A stretch of 64,000 nucleotides of DNA from an uncultured delta proteobacterium. Lineage in GTDB: Bacteria; Desulfobacterota; Desulfobacteria; Desulfobacterales; B30-G6. The notes below the pieces were generated by a model. It saw nothing but the letters and a program-made list of their open reading frames with translations. It made no database searches and was not told where the DNA came from. The stretch covers positions 800,001 to 864,000 of the forward strand of contig CAWGLD010000001.1 of assembly GCA_963823335.1 (NCBI GenBank), written 5' to 3'. Position 1 is the first letter of the stretch, and the number at the start of each line of letters is the position of its first letter. Below, one piece after another: positions 26,973 through 36,967 of this stretch. Made by a program: the position numbers and the translations under genes.

Positions 26973-28250
26973 CTACCTGTTCACCAGCGTTTGAATCGCT
27001 TTCAAAGCCATTCCGGTTGCATTCTGATTCGATGAAACAACGTCCGCCGGTTTGTTGGCACAACCGGCTGCAAACATGCCGCCTTTTTCGAAGTCGTTGA
27101 TGATAAATCCGTCTTCGGTATATGTTAACTCGGCAGGAAGCTTTGCATTGGCCGCAGTCGGTTGCATTCCGGTGGCCAGGACCGCCATCTCAACCGTTTG
27201 GTGAATCTTCTCGCCGGTTACCGCATTCTCTGCAACCACGGTGATGTTTTTGGTTTTTGGATCTTCACTGACCTCGGCAACTTTGCCTTTGACAAAAAAG
27301 ACATTTTCATCTTCTTTTATACGCTTGTAAAATTTTTCATACCGGTAGCCCGGGGCCCTGAGATCGATATAGAAAATGTATATCTTGGCGTCTGGATATC
27401 TTTCCCGGATATAGGTGGCATGTTTTAGAGAAGCCATGCAGCATATATAAGAACAATAAGGGAGATGATTTTCATCCCGCGACCCTGCGCACTGGACAAA
27501 GGCGATGCTCTCGATATCTTTTTTGTCGGACGGGCGTTGAATGGTTCCCTTTGTGGGTCCGTTGGGGGAGGCCAGTCGCTCGAGCATCATATTGGTAATC
27601 ACATTCTCATATTGGCCAAAGCCTAGATTGTCGATTTTGGATGCATCGTAGGGCTCCCATCCAGTGGCCCAGACCAGTGCACCAACCTTCAGGTTCACTG
27701 TGTTGGCTTCCATCTCTAGATCGATGGCATCGTACTTACAGGCTTCTTTACACCGCACGGCATCATCGGTGCCGATGATTCGGGGTGACAGGACATACCG
27801 GGCAGGAAACGCCATTTCAAAGGGCTGATAGGCCGCTTTGATCTGCTTCATACCCAAATCAAAATCACTGTCAATTTCTGTTTCACAGACCGCTGCGCAG
27901 TCACCACAACAGGTGCAGTTTTCATTCACATAGCGGGGTGCCAACTTGATCGAAACATCGTAGTTTCCAGGGGTTCCGGTCACTTTTTCTACTTCGGCAA
28001 GTGTAAAAACCTTGATTTTGGGGTTGTCCTTGATCCGCCGAAAATTGATTTCCAGACCACAGGAAGGTGGGCACAGCTTGGGAAAATATTGATTGAGCTG
28101 CGATACTCTTCCGCCTAAGTATGGATTTTTTTCGACCAGGAACACTTCGTACCCCACTTCGGCGGCCTCTATGGCTGTGGTCAGCCCACTGATACCGCCA
28201 CCCACGACCATGATACTTTCACTAGCAGGGGCTCCTCTGTCTTCTGTCAT
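26973..28250 (-). CDS. qmoA: QmoA (HdrA-like flavoprotein)
   Basis: VVGGGISG, YFPKLCPPSCGLEIN, QCAGSRD, CSYICC. Confidence 0.96.
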   Translation of the reverse strand: MTEDRGAPASESIMVVGGGISGLTTAIEAAEVGYEVFLVEKNPYLGGRVSQLNQYFPKLCPPSCGLEINFRRIKDNPKIKVFTLAEVEKVTGTPGNYDVSIKLAPRYVNENCTCCGDCAAVCETEIDSDFDLGMKQIKAAYQPFEMAFPARYVLSPRIIGTDDAVRCKEACKYDAIDLEMEANTVNLKVGALVWATGWEPYDASKIDNLGFGQYENVITNMMLERLASPNGPTKGTIQRPSDKKDIESIAFVQCAGSRDENHLPYCSYICCMASLKHATYIRERYPDAKIYIFYIDLRAPGYRYEKFYKRIKEDENVFFVKGKVAEVSEDPKTKNITVVAENAVTGEKIHQTVEMAVLATGMQPTAANAKLPAELTYTEDGFIINDFEKGGMFAAGCANKPADVVSSNQNATGMALKAIQTLVNR

Positions 28251-28453
28251 GCTATCCCTCCGTACAATAGTGGTTTCTGATTGACTTAAACATGTCTTTA
28301 CGGCTTCAGATGATATCCTATTTGAAAAGAATAAATAACGCCTGGAATAAATTCGTTATTAAAAAAGCGAGGATATCGCTCCTGTCGATGACTCCAGCCG
28401 TTAGTTGCTGTCTTCAAAACGTTGGATATCACCTGAGACCAAGGGACCTTAAT

Positions 28454-28490
28454 AAAAACCTCCAGGCATCTCGCGACACCTGGAGGTTTG
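28454..28490 (-). terminator. Hairpin/terminator between aprA and qmoA
   Basis: aaacctccagg...cctggaggttt followed by ttatt on the minus strand. Confidence 0.6.
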
Positions 28491-28521
28491 CATTTTAAAC
28501 TAACTCACAATTGGCATGTAA

Positions 28522-30501
28522 TTAATCAGGAATGATCTGGACGTAATCTCTCTTGAACACATCCCATTCTCCTGATTTTGGATCGAATTTGGAATTGACA
28601 AATGCGAACCAGTTTTCATCATCCTGGCCAGGATAATCCGCCTGATAATAGAACCCAGGATAACGGGTTTCTTTCCTGAACTGGATGTGGCGCAGGTGGG
28701 ACTCCACCGTCCAGATACGGTGATAGATTTCCCAGCAGCGCATAAGCTCATGAAGATCCCCGGCAGCCAGACTTTCACAGTCTTCACGCATCACCTGGAG
28801 CAATTCCATGATGACTTCGAGATTCTTGCTGGTGGTCAGGTAGTAGGTCGCCGTTCCACCACCATACTCGTGGGTGGCTTTCATGAGTCTCAAGGCCATC
28901 CCGGAAGGCTTGATATAAGCCGGGTTGACATCTTCCATGGTGGTGTACTTGTAGTTGTCCAGATAGGTTCTGACAGGTTTGTACACCAGATCGACCAGTT
29001 CCTGATTTGACTGTGCCAATGTCGGGCTAAAATCCGCATGGTCTTTTGCATACCTTACGCATTGCTTGACAGCCATACGACCTTCGGCATGGGAACCGGA
29101 AGAGAACTTGTGCCCTGATCCGCCAACACCATCACCGGAGGTAAAAAGACCGTTGACGGTGGTCATGCGGTTGTAAATTTTACCGTTGTCGGCCTTGATT
29201 TTATAAGAATCCGGTACCCAGTCATAATCCGGTCCCGATGTCCAGAGACCGCAGCAGCCTGAGTGGGATCCCAGCAGATAGGGTTCCGTCGGCATAACTT
29301 CGGAATTCTTCTTTTCCGGCTCGGTGTTTGTAGCACACCAGAGGTTGGCCTGACCACAGGTCATGTCAAGGAAGTCTTCCCAGGCTTCTGATTCGAGATG
29401 CCGGAGTTCCTTCTTGTCCATGGTTTTCCCAAGCTCCGCCAGAGCAGACACGGTATCCATGATAATGGGTCCGCGGCCTTCTTTCATTTCGAACAGCATC
29501 AGATGGTTCCGCAGACAGGTCGGTGTAATGGCAGCGGTTCCATAAGGCGCATATTTCTCGAGCTCTGCCTTGGCGGCATCACTTGCGGCAAAGTTTTCGC
29601 CAAGACCGTTCAGTGTTTTGGCTTTGAAAAGCAGGAACCAGGCGCCAACAGGGCCATATCCGTCTTTAAAACGAGCCGGGGTGAAACGGTTTTCCATCAT
29701 GGTTAGCTCGGCGCCGACTTTCATACACATGGTGTAGGTGGAGCCCGCATTCCAGACCGGATACCATGCACGGCCTTTGCCTTCGCCCACAGATCGCGGC
29801 TGATAGATATTGACCGCACCACCACAGGCAACCATCATGGTTTTACATTTAATAATATAAACTTTGTTCTCGCGAACGGAGAAACCTACTGCACCGGCGA
29901 TCTGATTTTCTTTGTTGGCGTCCAGCAGAAGCTCAACGATAAAGCAGCGCTCGAGGACGTTGTCATCACCAATGGCTTTTTTTGCGGCTTCAGCAACGAT
30001 CCGCTTGTAAGATTCACCATTGATCATGATCTGCCATTTTCCGGTACGAACAGGACTGGCACCGCCTTTCAGCGAACCCATTTTCAGGCCTTTTTTACCA
30101 TCCAGGTTTTTGCCTTCTTCTGTCTTCTTCCAGACCGGCAATCCCCATTCCTCAAACAAATGAACCGAGTCATCCACGTGACAACCCAGATCAAAGATCA
30201 GGTCTTCACGAACGATTCCCATAAGGTCGTTGCGGACCATGCGGACATAATCATCCGGTGAATTATCGCCAATATAGGTGTTGATGGCTGACAGGCCCTG
30301 TGCAACGGCGCCACTTCTCTCCATGGCTGCCTTGTCGCACAACAGTACGGTCTGATCGTCACCCAACCATTTTTTAACTTCGAATGCCGAGCCGCAAGCC
30401 GCCATACCACCACCGACGATCAAAACGTCGACTTCTCGCTCTTCAATTTCGGGATCTCTGATAGCCTTGAGCTCTCCCATTGGTTTGTTCGGTAATGCCA
30501 T
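28522..30501 (-). CDS. aprA: Adenylylsulfate reductase alpha subunit
   Basis: ERSGAVAQGLSAINTY, WQIMINGESYK, RFKDGYGPVG, HKFSSGS. Confidence 0.99.
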   Translation of the reverse strand: MALPNKPMGELKAIRDPEIEEREVDVLIVGGGMAACGSAFEVKKWLGDDQTVLLCDKAAMERSGAVAQGLSAINTYIGDNSPDDYVRMVRNDLMGIVREDLIFDLGCHVDDSVHLFEEWGLPVWKKTEEGKNLDGKKGLKMGSLKGGASPVRTGKWQIMINGESYKRIVAEAAKKAIGDDNVLERCFIVELLLDANKENQIAGAVGFSVRENKVYIIKCKTMMVACGGAVNIYQPRSVGEGKGRAWYPVWNAGSTYTMCMKVGAELTMMENRFTPARFKDGYGPVGAWFLLFKAKTLNGLGENFAASDAAKAELEKYAPYGTAAITPTCLRNHLMLFEMKEGRGPIIMDTVSALAELGKTMDKKELRHLESEAWEDFLDMTCGQANLWCATNTEPEKKNSEVMPTEPYLLGSHSGCCGLWTSGPDYDWVPDSYKIKADNGKIYNRMTTVNGLFTSGDGVGGSGHKFSSGSHAEGRMAVKQCVRYAKDHADFSPTLAQSNQELVDLVYKPVRTYLDNYKYTTMEDVNPAYIKPSGMALRLMKATHEYGGGTATYYLTTSKNLEVIMELLQVMREDCESLAAGDLHELMRCWEIYHRIWTVESHLRHIQFRKETRYPGFYYQADYPGQDDENWFAFVNSKFDPKSGEWDVFKRDYVQIIPD

Positions 30502-30567
30502 ATTGTATCCTCCTTAACTAAATTTTCCTATTTGATTGGTTACGAATGCGTTAACATCAAACAACGG

Positions 30568-31005
30568 TTAGACCGTCGCCTGGGGTGTCGGCATGACATA
30601 CCCGTCGGCTTCCTCAGTTGAAAGAAATTCACTTTCAATGTCCTTGCCTTTCAGACCAGAATATTCATTGGCAGCACCTTCCGGGGTTGTCCGGATGGGG
30701 AACTTGAAGCGCTTGATGGTTCCGTTTCTGAACTTGCATGTCCACATGACATCCTCGGTACCCAGCATCGGCATTACACTGCTTCCCAATGGCACGAAAT
30801 CGGAGTAACCCCTCACCTCAATTGCCTGGGTGGGGCAGATCTTCACACATGAAAAACATTCCCAGCACTGATCCGGCTCTTGATTGTAAGCCTTCATTTC
30901 ATTGGGCTCTAGAACCATAAGGTCATTGGGACAAATATACATACATGCGGTTTTGTCCCCGCCTTTACAGCCATCACATTTTTCGTTAATTACAAAACTT
31001 GGCAT
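30568..31005 (-). CDS. aprB: Adenylylsulfate reductase beta subunit
   Basis: CDGCKGGDKTACMYICP, CWECFSCVKIC, KRFKFPIRTT. Confidence 0.99.
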   Translation of the reverse strand: MPSFVINEKCDGCKGGDKTACMYICPNDLMVLEPNEMKAYNQEPDQCWECFSCVKICPTQAIEVRGYSDFVPLGSSVMPMLGTEDVMWTCKFRNGTIKRFKFPIRTTPEGAANEYSGLKGKDIESEFLSTEEADGYVMPTPQATV

Positions 31006-31383
31006 TTAATGCACCTCCTAAGTTAGCATTGTTAGTGCTCGTTGTTGAACTTTCCATACAATTGGTTCACGTCGACCTTGCTTTATTAATTGCACCTCCC
31101 TTCTGTCCCTTAAAGTTTCTTGGCTTGATAATTCAGATTCACTAATGACATCGCTGCTGCATCCAGCGATTGATATTCTTATAATCGATGTTATCTACGA
31201 CCACGGCAAACCTGGCTTGCCCCTGCGTTCTTACGAAATGACAATGACCCGCCACAGTTGATACAGCGCAGCCGGCATGCGTATTCCGCACCGGCGTCAT
31301 CTCATTTTCCATTAGTTTTTCAGCGGGTTATCGTTCGAAATATCTCTATAGATATCAACAAGATACCCACGACCAAGGTCAAT

Positions 31384-31412
31384 TGCATATCATTCAGCCT
31401 TTTTCTTGTCAA
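31384..31412 (-). promoter_or_regulatory. Putative sigma70 promoter of aprBA-qmoABC
   Basis: TTGACA-17 nt-TATGCA with TG before the -10, ~380 nt upstream of aprB. Confidence 0.45.
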
Positions 31413-31670
31413 GAACTTTCGGCCCAAGCGATTCCAAAGCGTCCAAATCCCCTGGGCCCTTTTTCCCATGTTCAATATATTGATTTATTTATTTGATTAT
31501 ACACCACATATTGTAGTAGTAACATGAAAGCCACAACACAGATCCACCCATTGCCGAATGACCCGTGATGGTTTCAGGTGTTCACGGTCCCAGAATTCTG
31601 AAACCCGTCAAAATATGATGGGCTTCATTTTGGGTTGACATCCGCCAGGACCCTCATTCAAAATAGGGAT

Positions 31671-32429
31671 ATGGAACCCGATATCAGACCACTCGCACCC
31701 GACGAAGCTTTCAGGTTCGCCTGTTCGCATTGCGTTGCCTGTTTCAACGAATGCTGCCGGGATCTGAACCAGTTTTTGACGCCATACGATATTCTGAGAC
31801 TGAAAAAACGCCTGGCAATGACATCAAACCGTTTTCTGGAAACACATACGACACAACACGTGGGTCCGGAAACCGGATTTCCAGTCGTGGCACTCAAACC
31901 CGTCCACACCGAATCGTTGCGGTGCCCCTTTGTGACAACATCCGGTTGCAGTGTGTACCTGGACCGCCCGTCTTCCTGCCGTATCTATCCCTTGGCGCGC
32001 GCCATATCACGAAACCGGGAAACCGGAAAGATTACCGAACACTTCGCGCGCCTGAAAGAACCCCACTGCCTCGGCCATGAACAGGAAGAAATCCAGACGG
32101 TCAGCGCGTGGGTCGAAAAGCAGGGTCTGGTTCCGTACAACGAACAGAACGACAGGCTCATGGACATCATTGCGTTGAAAAACCGCTTGATACCCGGCCC
32201 CCTCGATCTCGCCTTCGGCAGAATGTTTTATCTGGCGATGTACGATCTGGACACCTTTCGCAGAAAAATTTTTCAAGATGGGCTTTTATCTGATTTTAGC
32301 GTGGAAACAAGGTTGTTGGCAGACGCAAAAAAGGACGACACGCTGTTGCTGCAGATCGGGCAGGCCTGGATAAAATCAGAACTGTTGAAGCTTCGCGCCA
32401 AAACCAGCAGGGATCCCTCCACTATTTAG
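31671..32429 (+). CDS. YkgJ-family (CxxCxxCC) cysteine-cluster protein
   Basis: FRFAC...CFNECC, CPF, CSVYLDRPSSCRIYP, HCLG; start placed at MEPD. Confidence 0.88.
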   Translation: MEPDIRPLAPDEAFRFACSHCVACFNECCRDLNQFLTPYDILRLKKRLAMTSNRFLETHTTQHVGPETGFPVVALKPVHTESLRCPFVTTSGCSVYLDRPSSCRIYPLARAISRNRETGKITEHFARLKEPHCLGHEQEEIQTVSAWVEKQGLVPYNEQNDRLMDIIALKNRLIPGPLDLAFGRMFYLAMYDLDTFRRKIFQDGLLSDFSVETRLLADAKKDDTLLLQIGQAWIKSELLKLRAKTSRDPSTI

Positions 32430-32481
32430 AGTTCGTCCATAAATGGTCTTTTCACGCCCTGCCAGTGTTGGGCGGCATGAT

Positions 32482-33264
32482 TTAGCGAAGACGGATTTTC
32501 TTGGTCGGAACCCCCCAAACAAACAATTTGATCCAGTCAAAACCAAAAAGCATCAGATCAACGTCGTCTATTTGGATTTTTTTGAGCAGATCAGCCTTGA
32601 CCTTGTAACGCTTCAACAGACTGCTCTCAAAGACAAACACTCTGAAAGCGTCCATGTTATAGCTGGCCATGAAAGCCATTTTTGCCCGATTTCCCTGGGG
32701 GCCTTCACGGCCCCAGGGATCTTTTTGGAACAGCTGTTTGACCTCAGACCACTTTCTGGACATCTGCTGGTGCTTTAGCGCCCCTTGATCAGCGGACCAG
32801 GTCTGAAGCGTCCAGCCATGGTTTGCATGCTGGCCCAGACAGAATTCAGGGGGTCTGAAAAAACCGATCAGCTCAGGTTTCCGGCTTTTCCCAGGATACT
32901 GCAATCCGTATTCCACAGGAAATGTCCTGCAGGTGTAGGGTCGATCCGTATACACACGACAACCTGACGGCTCGGAAAAAATGCAGGTCTGATCTTCGTC
33001 ATCCGACATCTTCAGGAGCACATCCGGAAAAAAATTGCCCTTTCGCATCACCACATCGACATATTTTTCAAAAAATACGTCAGCGGAAATACCCAGCCCG
33101 TTCCTCAGTTGAAGCACATCATATGGATACAGGAACAGATTCAGATTGCGGCAGCATTGGTTGAAACAGGCGTATTCCGGACGGCACTGAAATGAAAAGC
33201 GGTTCGCTCCTCTTAGCCTTTTTCCAGATATATGCTCAACGTCTTCAAGTTTGATGGATTTCAT
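32482..33264 (-). CDS. YkgJ-family cysteine-cluster protein (paralog)
   Basis: FSFQC...CFNQCC, CIF, CRVYTDRPYTCRTFP, FCLG; start placed at MKSIK because the upstream ORF extension is repeat-derived. Confidence 0.88.
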   Translation of the reverse strand: MKSIKLEDVEHISGKRLRGANRFSFQCRPEYACFNQCCRNLNLFLYPYDVLQLRNGLGISADVFFEKYVDVVMRKGNFFPDVLLKMSDDEDQTCIFSEPSGCRVYTDRPYTCRTFPVEYGLQYPGKSRKPELIGFFRPPEFCLGQHANHGWTLQTWSADQGALKHQQMSRKWSEVKQLFQKDPWGREGPQGNRAKMAFMASYNMDAFRVFVFESSLLKRYKVKADLLKKIQIDDVDLMLFGFDWIKLFVWGVPTKKIRLR

Positions 33265-33284
33265 AATTCGATCACGTACTGTTG

Positions 33285-33363
33285 TTATTGAAGACCCCCG
33301 CGACATGCGAAGCACTGCCGAACGGCAGAACCTATGGGGAATGCGCTCGCTTTTTCGGTTCAC
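33285..33363 (+). repeat. REP-like family B copy
   Basis: ttattgaagacccccgcgacatgcgaagcactgccgaacggcagaacctatggggaatgcgctcgctttttcggttcac. Confidence 0.8.
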
Positions 33364-33486
33364 AGCCCGACAAATCGTCTTTACAAACAATTTAGCCGTA
33401 TTAGTTTATTCAAAAGAAGGTCTGATTGTAAAGACCAAAGTAATCACCTGGCAATGCCAAGCGTTGTCACGCCAAGGAATCTTCAG

Positions 33487-34038
33487 ATGACGGGCCACCA
33501 TCTTATTCTAGGAGAACAGCTTGACTATCTGACCGGCGAAGTCCTTGCAGACACTCACGACGAGAGATTTCGCCAGGCATTGGCTAAACTGCTCGTCGAG
33601 AAAAAAGGCTACGACAAGTCCGACATACTGCCCCGCAGGAAGTTGATTGTCACGGCCGGAGACAAGTGCGCCCAGATTCAAATCGACCTCACCGTTTTGC
33701 TGAACCATGCTGTGGCCATGATCCTTCGATATGGACCCGGGTCCCTGGTAACCCGCCATCGTCCAGCCATTGCGGCATCGCGTGTCATGACGCCTTACCA
33801 GATTCCCCTGGTCGTGGTAACCAATGGCCTTGATGCAGATGTCATTGATGGTAAAACAGGCCGTGTCATCTCAAAGGGCCTCGACACCATCCCGGACAGG
33901 CAGACGCTTCTTGCTCGATGCCATGCCGGAATCAAAGAATCCATTTCCCCGGACAGAGCCGAATCTGAACAGCGAATCCTGTATGCCTACGATGTGGACG
34001 ACAGCTGTCCTTGTGATGATACTATATGCAGGTTATAA
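33487..34038 (+). CDS. Standalone HsdR N-terminal-like domain protein
   Basis: DYLTGE...DTHDERFRQ...EKKGY, VVVTNG..A..IDG; C-terminal CPCDDTIC; no hsdM/hsdS nearby. Confidence 0.65.
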   Translation: MTGHHLILGEQLDYLTGEVLADTHDERFRQALAKLLVEKKGYDKSDILPRRKLIVTAGDKCAQIQIDLTVLLNHAVAMILRYGPGSLVTRHRPAIAASRVMTPYQIPLVVVTNGLDADVIDGKTGRVISKGLDTIPDRQTLLARCHAGIKESISPDRAESEQRILYAYDVDDSCPCDDTICRL

Positions 34039-34345
34039 ATATTTCATGCGCCTCTCCTTGAACAAGTTGGAAACAGTATTATAATACGGTATAATGCGCG
34101 GTTCGATAGTTACTGGCGGCTCTTGGCAGCAGCATCGCCACAGAACTCTGGGAAGGGATATGATTTCTCATTAAATCATGTAACGATTTTATTTTTCTTG
34201 CATTTTTTTCTTGCATTTCTTAATGTTGTCTTATAATTCACTACCCGAAAACGGGGTGAATGAAAAACACGTTGTTTTATAGCGCCGCATATTATGAAAG
34301 TTTTAGGCGGCTTTAAACCCAAATACCGACTAAGGAGGTGGGGGT

Positions 34346-34885
34346 ATAGCCTTTCCAAAACGACCAAACAGATACGATAAATCGGACCGAACCAATATAA
34401 ACAAGAACATAAGAGCAAAAGAAGTCAGAGTCATCGACCCGGATGGAACCCAGGTAGGTGTTGTTCCTACTTATAAGGCCCTTGCCATTGCCGGTGATTT
34501 CGGTCTTGATCTTGTGGAGGTTTCTCCGAATGCCAATCCGCCTGTCTGTAAAATTATGGACTATGGTCGATACAAATACGAGCAGACCAAGAAACAGCAG
34601 GAGGCCAAGAAAAAACAGAGTACTTTTCAAATAAAGGAAATCAAGGTTCGGCCCAAAACAGGCGAACACGATATCCAGGTAAAACTGAATCATATCAATC
34701 GGTTCATTGAAAATAAGGACAAGGTCAAAGTAACCGTCGTCTTCAGGGGACGCGAGATTACGCTTTCTAATCGCGGCCGGGAATTGCTCGCTCACATTGC
34801 ACAGCAAGCCGAAGAATATGCCAATGTGGAACAATACCCCAAACTCGAAGGACGAACCATGACCATGGTGCTGGCACCAAAATAG
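34346..34885 (+). CDS. infC: Translation initiation factor IF-3 (non-canonical ATA start)
   Basis: TAAGGAGG RBS then in-frame ATA; NINKNIRAKEVRVID...LDLVEVSP...PPVCKIMDYG...FRGRE. Confidence 0.95.
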   Translation: MAFPKRPNRYDKSDRTNINKNIRAKEVRVIDPDGTQVGVVPTYKALAIAGDFGLDLVEVSPNANPPVCKIMDYGRYKYEQTKKQQEAKKKQSTFQIKEIKVRPKTGEHDIQVKLNHINRFIENKDKVKVTVVFRGREITLSNRGRELLAHIAQQAEEYANVEQYPKLEGRTMTMVLAPK

Positions 34886-35001
34886 CATATGTCTGTAGAT
34901 AGTAACGCAGCCTAAATGTGTTAATCAAACTATCATAATCTGTTATCAAACTCTGGCGTGAACGGATATATTCACCGTGTTCACGCCATCTGTTTTTAAG
35001 A

Positions 35002-35046
35002 ATAAAATCGTTTTACGATTTTATAAAACGCGACACTGTCGCTCCT
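35002..35046 (+). repeat. REP-like family D copy
   Basis: ataaaatcgttttacgattttataaaacgcgacactgtcgctcct. Confidence 0.75.
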
Positions 35047-35073
35047 AAGAGCTATTAGAGGAAAGGGGCTAAC

Positions 35074-35271
35074 ATGCCAAAGATAAAAACAAATCGAGCA
35101 GCTGCCAAGCGATTTAAAAAAACAGGCACAGGAAAATTCACCTTTTCAAAGTCACATGCCAGTCACATACTGACAAAAAAAACGACCAAGCGAAAACGGT
35201 CACTGCGACAGGGCCAGATCATCAAGAAATCAGATGTCAGGGAGATCAAACTGCTGCTCCCCAATGGATAA
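35074..35271 (+). CDS. rpmI: 50S ribosomal protein L35
   Basis: [20 protein letters not shown]...HILTKK. Confidence 0.98.
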   Translation: MPKIKTNRAAAKRFKKTGTGKFTFSKSHASHILTKKTTKRKRSLRQGQIIKKSDVREIKLLLPNG

Positions 35272-35314
35272 AGTCCATTGATGATCTATTCCGCTTACAG
35301 GAGGATAATAAAAA

Positions 35315-35665
35315 ATGCGTGTTAAAAGAGGTTTCAAAGCCAGAAGAAGAAGAAACAAAGTTTTAAAATTAGCCAGGGGATATCGCGCCGGACGCAGCAA
35401 ACTGTTTCGCACGGCTGCAGATGCGTTGGACAAAGCCCTGATGTACGCCTACCGGGATCGCAGGGTTCGTAAACGTGACTTCAGAAGACTCTGGATTGCA
35501 AGAATCAATGCCGCGGCACGTATGAACAGTCTTTCTTACAGTAAATTCATGCATGGGTTGAAACTGTCTAACATTCAATTGGACCGAAAAGTGCTGGCGG
35601 ATCTGGCGATTTCAGATCCATCGGGTTTTTCTAAAATCGCCGGTCTTGCCACTGAACAAATTTAG
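35315..35665 (+). CDS. rplT: 50S ribosomal protein L20
   Basis: [28 protein letters not shown]. Confidence 0.98.
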   Translation: MRVKRGFKARRRRNKVLKLARGYRAGRSKLFRTAADALDKALMYAYRDRRVRKRDFRRLWIARINAAARMNSLSYSKFMHGLKLSNIQLDRKVLADLAISDPSGFSKIAGLATEQI

Positions 35666-35685
35666 CACAGGCTAGCAGAGTCACC

Positions 35686-36693
35686 GTGAATAAACATATC
35701 GAGCAAATCCATCAGGACGTTCTGGAAAGTCTTAACAATGCCAAGGATCCTACGGAGATCCAGACGCTTTCGGTACAATACCTTGGCCGGAAAGGTCTGA
35801 TAACCAGAGTTTTAAAGGGAATCTCTCAGCTCCCCAAAGAGGAGCGCCCAGATGCCGGTAAAAAAGCCAATCAGGTCAGGGTCGCGGTAGAAAAGGCGGT
35901 CCAGGATGCCCTGCAGAAGATTAGCACTAAAAACATTACCACCGAAGATACCATCGATGTCTCACTGCCCGGTCGGACACCTCTAAAGGGTTCTCTACAT
36001 CCCGTTTCACAAACCCAGCAGGAAATCTGTGATATTTTCAGTCGGCTCGGCTTCGATGTGGCCGAAGGTCCGGAAGTCGAATCAGACTACTACAATTTTG
36101 AGGCACTCAACTTCCCCAAAAATCATCCGGCAAGGGATATGCAGGACACGTTTTTTGTTTCAGACGACATTGTCCTGAGGACCCACACATCACCCATGCA
36201 GATTCGCATCATGGAAAAAACAACCCCGCCGGTTCGGGTTGTAACGCCCGGGAAAGTTTTCCGCTGCGATTCGGATATCACCCATACACCCATGTTCCAT
36301 CAGGTCGAAGGACTGCTGGTTGACACGGATATTTCCTTCGGGGACCTGAAAGGGATTCTCACCACCTTTATTCATCAGATGTTCGACGAAGAAACCAGCC
36401 TGCGGTTCCGACCCAGTTTTTTCCCGTTTACAGAGCCAAGTGCGGAAGTGGATATTCTGTGCGTCATGTGCAGGGGTAAAGGATGCAGGGTCTGCTCCCA
36501 GACCGGATGGCTGGAGATTCTGGGCTCAGGCATGGTACATCCGGCCCTGTATGAAAATGTGGGCTATCCTTCTGAAAAATATACAGGTTTCGCATTTGGA
36601 ATGGGTGTCGAAAGAATTGCCATGCTCAAATACGGCATTGACGATATAAGAAAATTTTTCGAAAACGACATCCGCTTTTTACAACAATTCTAA
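35686..36693 (+). CDS. pheS: Phenylalanine--tRNA ligase alpha subunit
   Basis: HPARDMQDTF, LRTHTS, FPFTEPS, GFAFGMGVER. Confidence 0.98.
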   Translation: MNKHIEQIHQDVLESLNNAKDPTEIQTLSVQYLGRKGLITRVLKGISQLPKEERPDAGKKANQVRVAVEKAVQDALQKISTKNITTEDTIDVSLPGRTPLKGSLHPVSQTQQEICDIFSRLGFDVAEGPEVESDYYNFEALNFPKNHPARDMQDTFFVSDDIVLRTHTSPMQIRIMEKTTPPVRVVTPGKVFRCDSDITHTPMFHQVEGLLVDTDISFGDLKGILTTFIHQMFDEETSLRFRPSFFPFTEPSAEVDILCVMCRGKGCRVCSQTGWLEILGSGMVHPALYENVGYPSEKYTGFAFGMGVERIAMLKYGIDDIRKFFENDIRFLQQF

Positions 36694-36756
36694 TAACATC
36701 GTTCCACGATTTTATTAGCATACGCTTTTTAGGTATACACTTTACAGGTACCTAAA

Positions 36757-36949
36757 TTGAGCAATTGTCGAGGTTGCCGTAGCTACAAGGAAAATGCCGT
36801 TTCGCTATAGTAGACTATGCGGAACGACATTTGACGCTGTAGATGCGCTAAGATCGGCAATCCCGAAGGGTTTCAAATTTTAAGAATCCAATTAGATAAC
36901 ATCCTCTAAAAAGGATAAAATTAAATTTCTTAAAATTTGAAACGCTCAA
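36757..36949. repeat. Palindromic element family C (with an extra inserted hairpin)
   Basis: TTGAGC...GCTCAA ends; core tacaaggaaaatg...gctatagt..actatgcg...catttgac shared with 53920-54033; extra IR gtttcaaattttaagaa/ttcttaaaatttgaaac. Confidence 0.75.
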
Positions 36950-36967
36950 GTTAGGAGGTGGTTTTAT

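Noticed and set aside
31502-31545. NrdR-box-like motif CACCACATATTGTA upstream of the apr promoter
   Set aside because: Second box is poor and no nucleotide-reduction gene is adjacent; cannot be told from chance.
33334-34038. Type I restriction-modification system
   Set aside because: Only a small HsdR_N-like protein; no helicase, hsdM or hsdS. The ORF-track N-terminal extension derives from a repeat.
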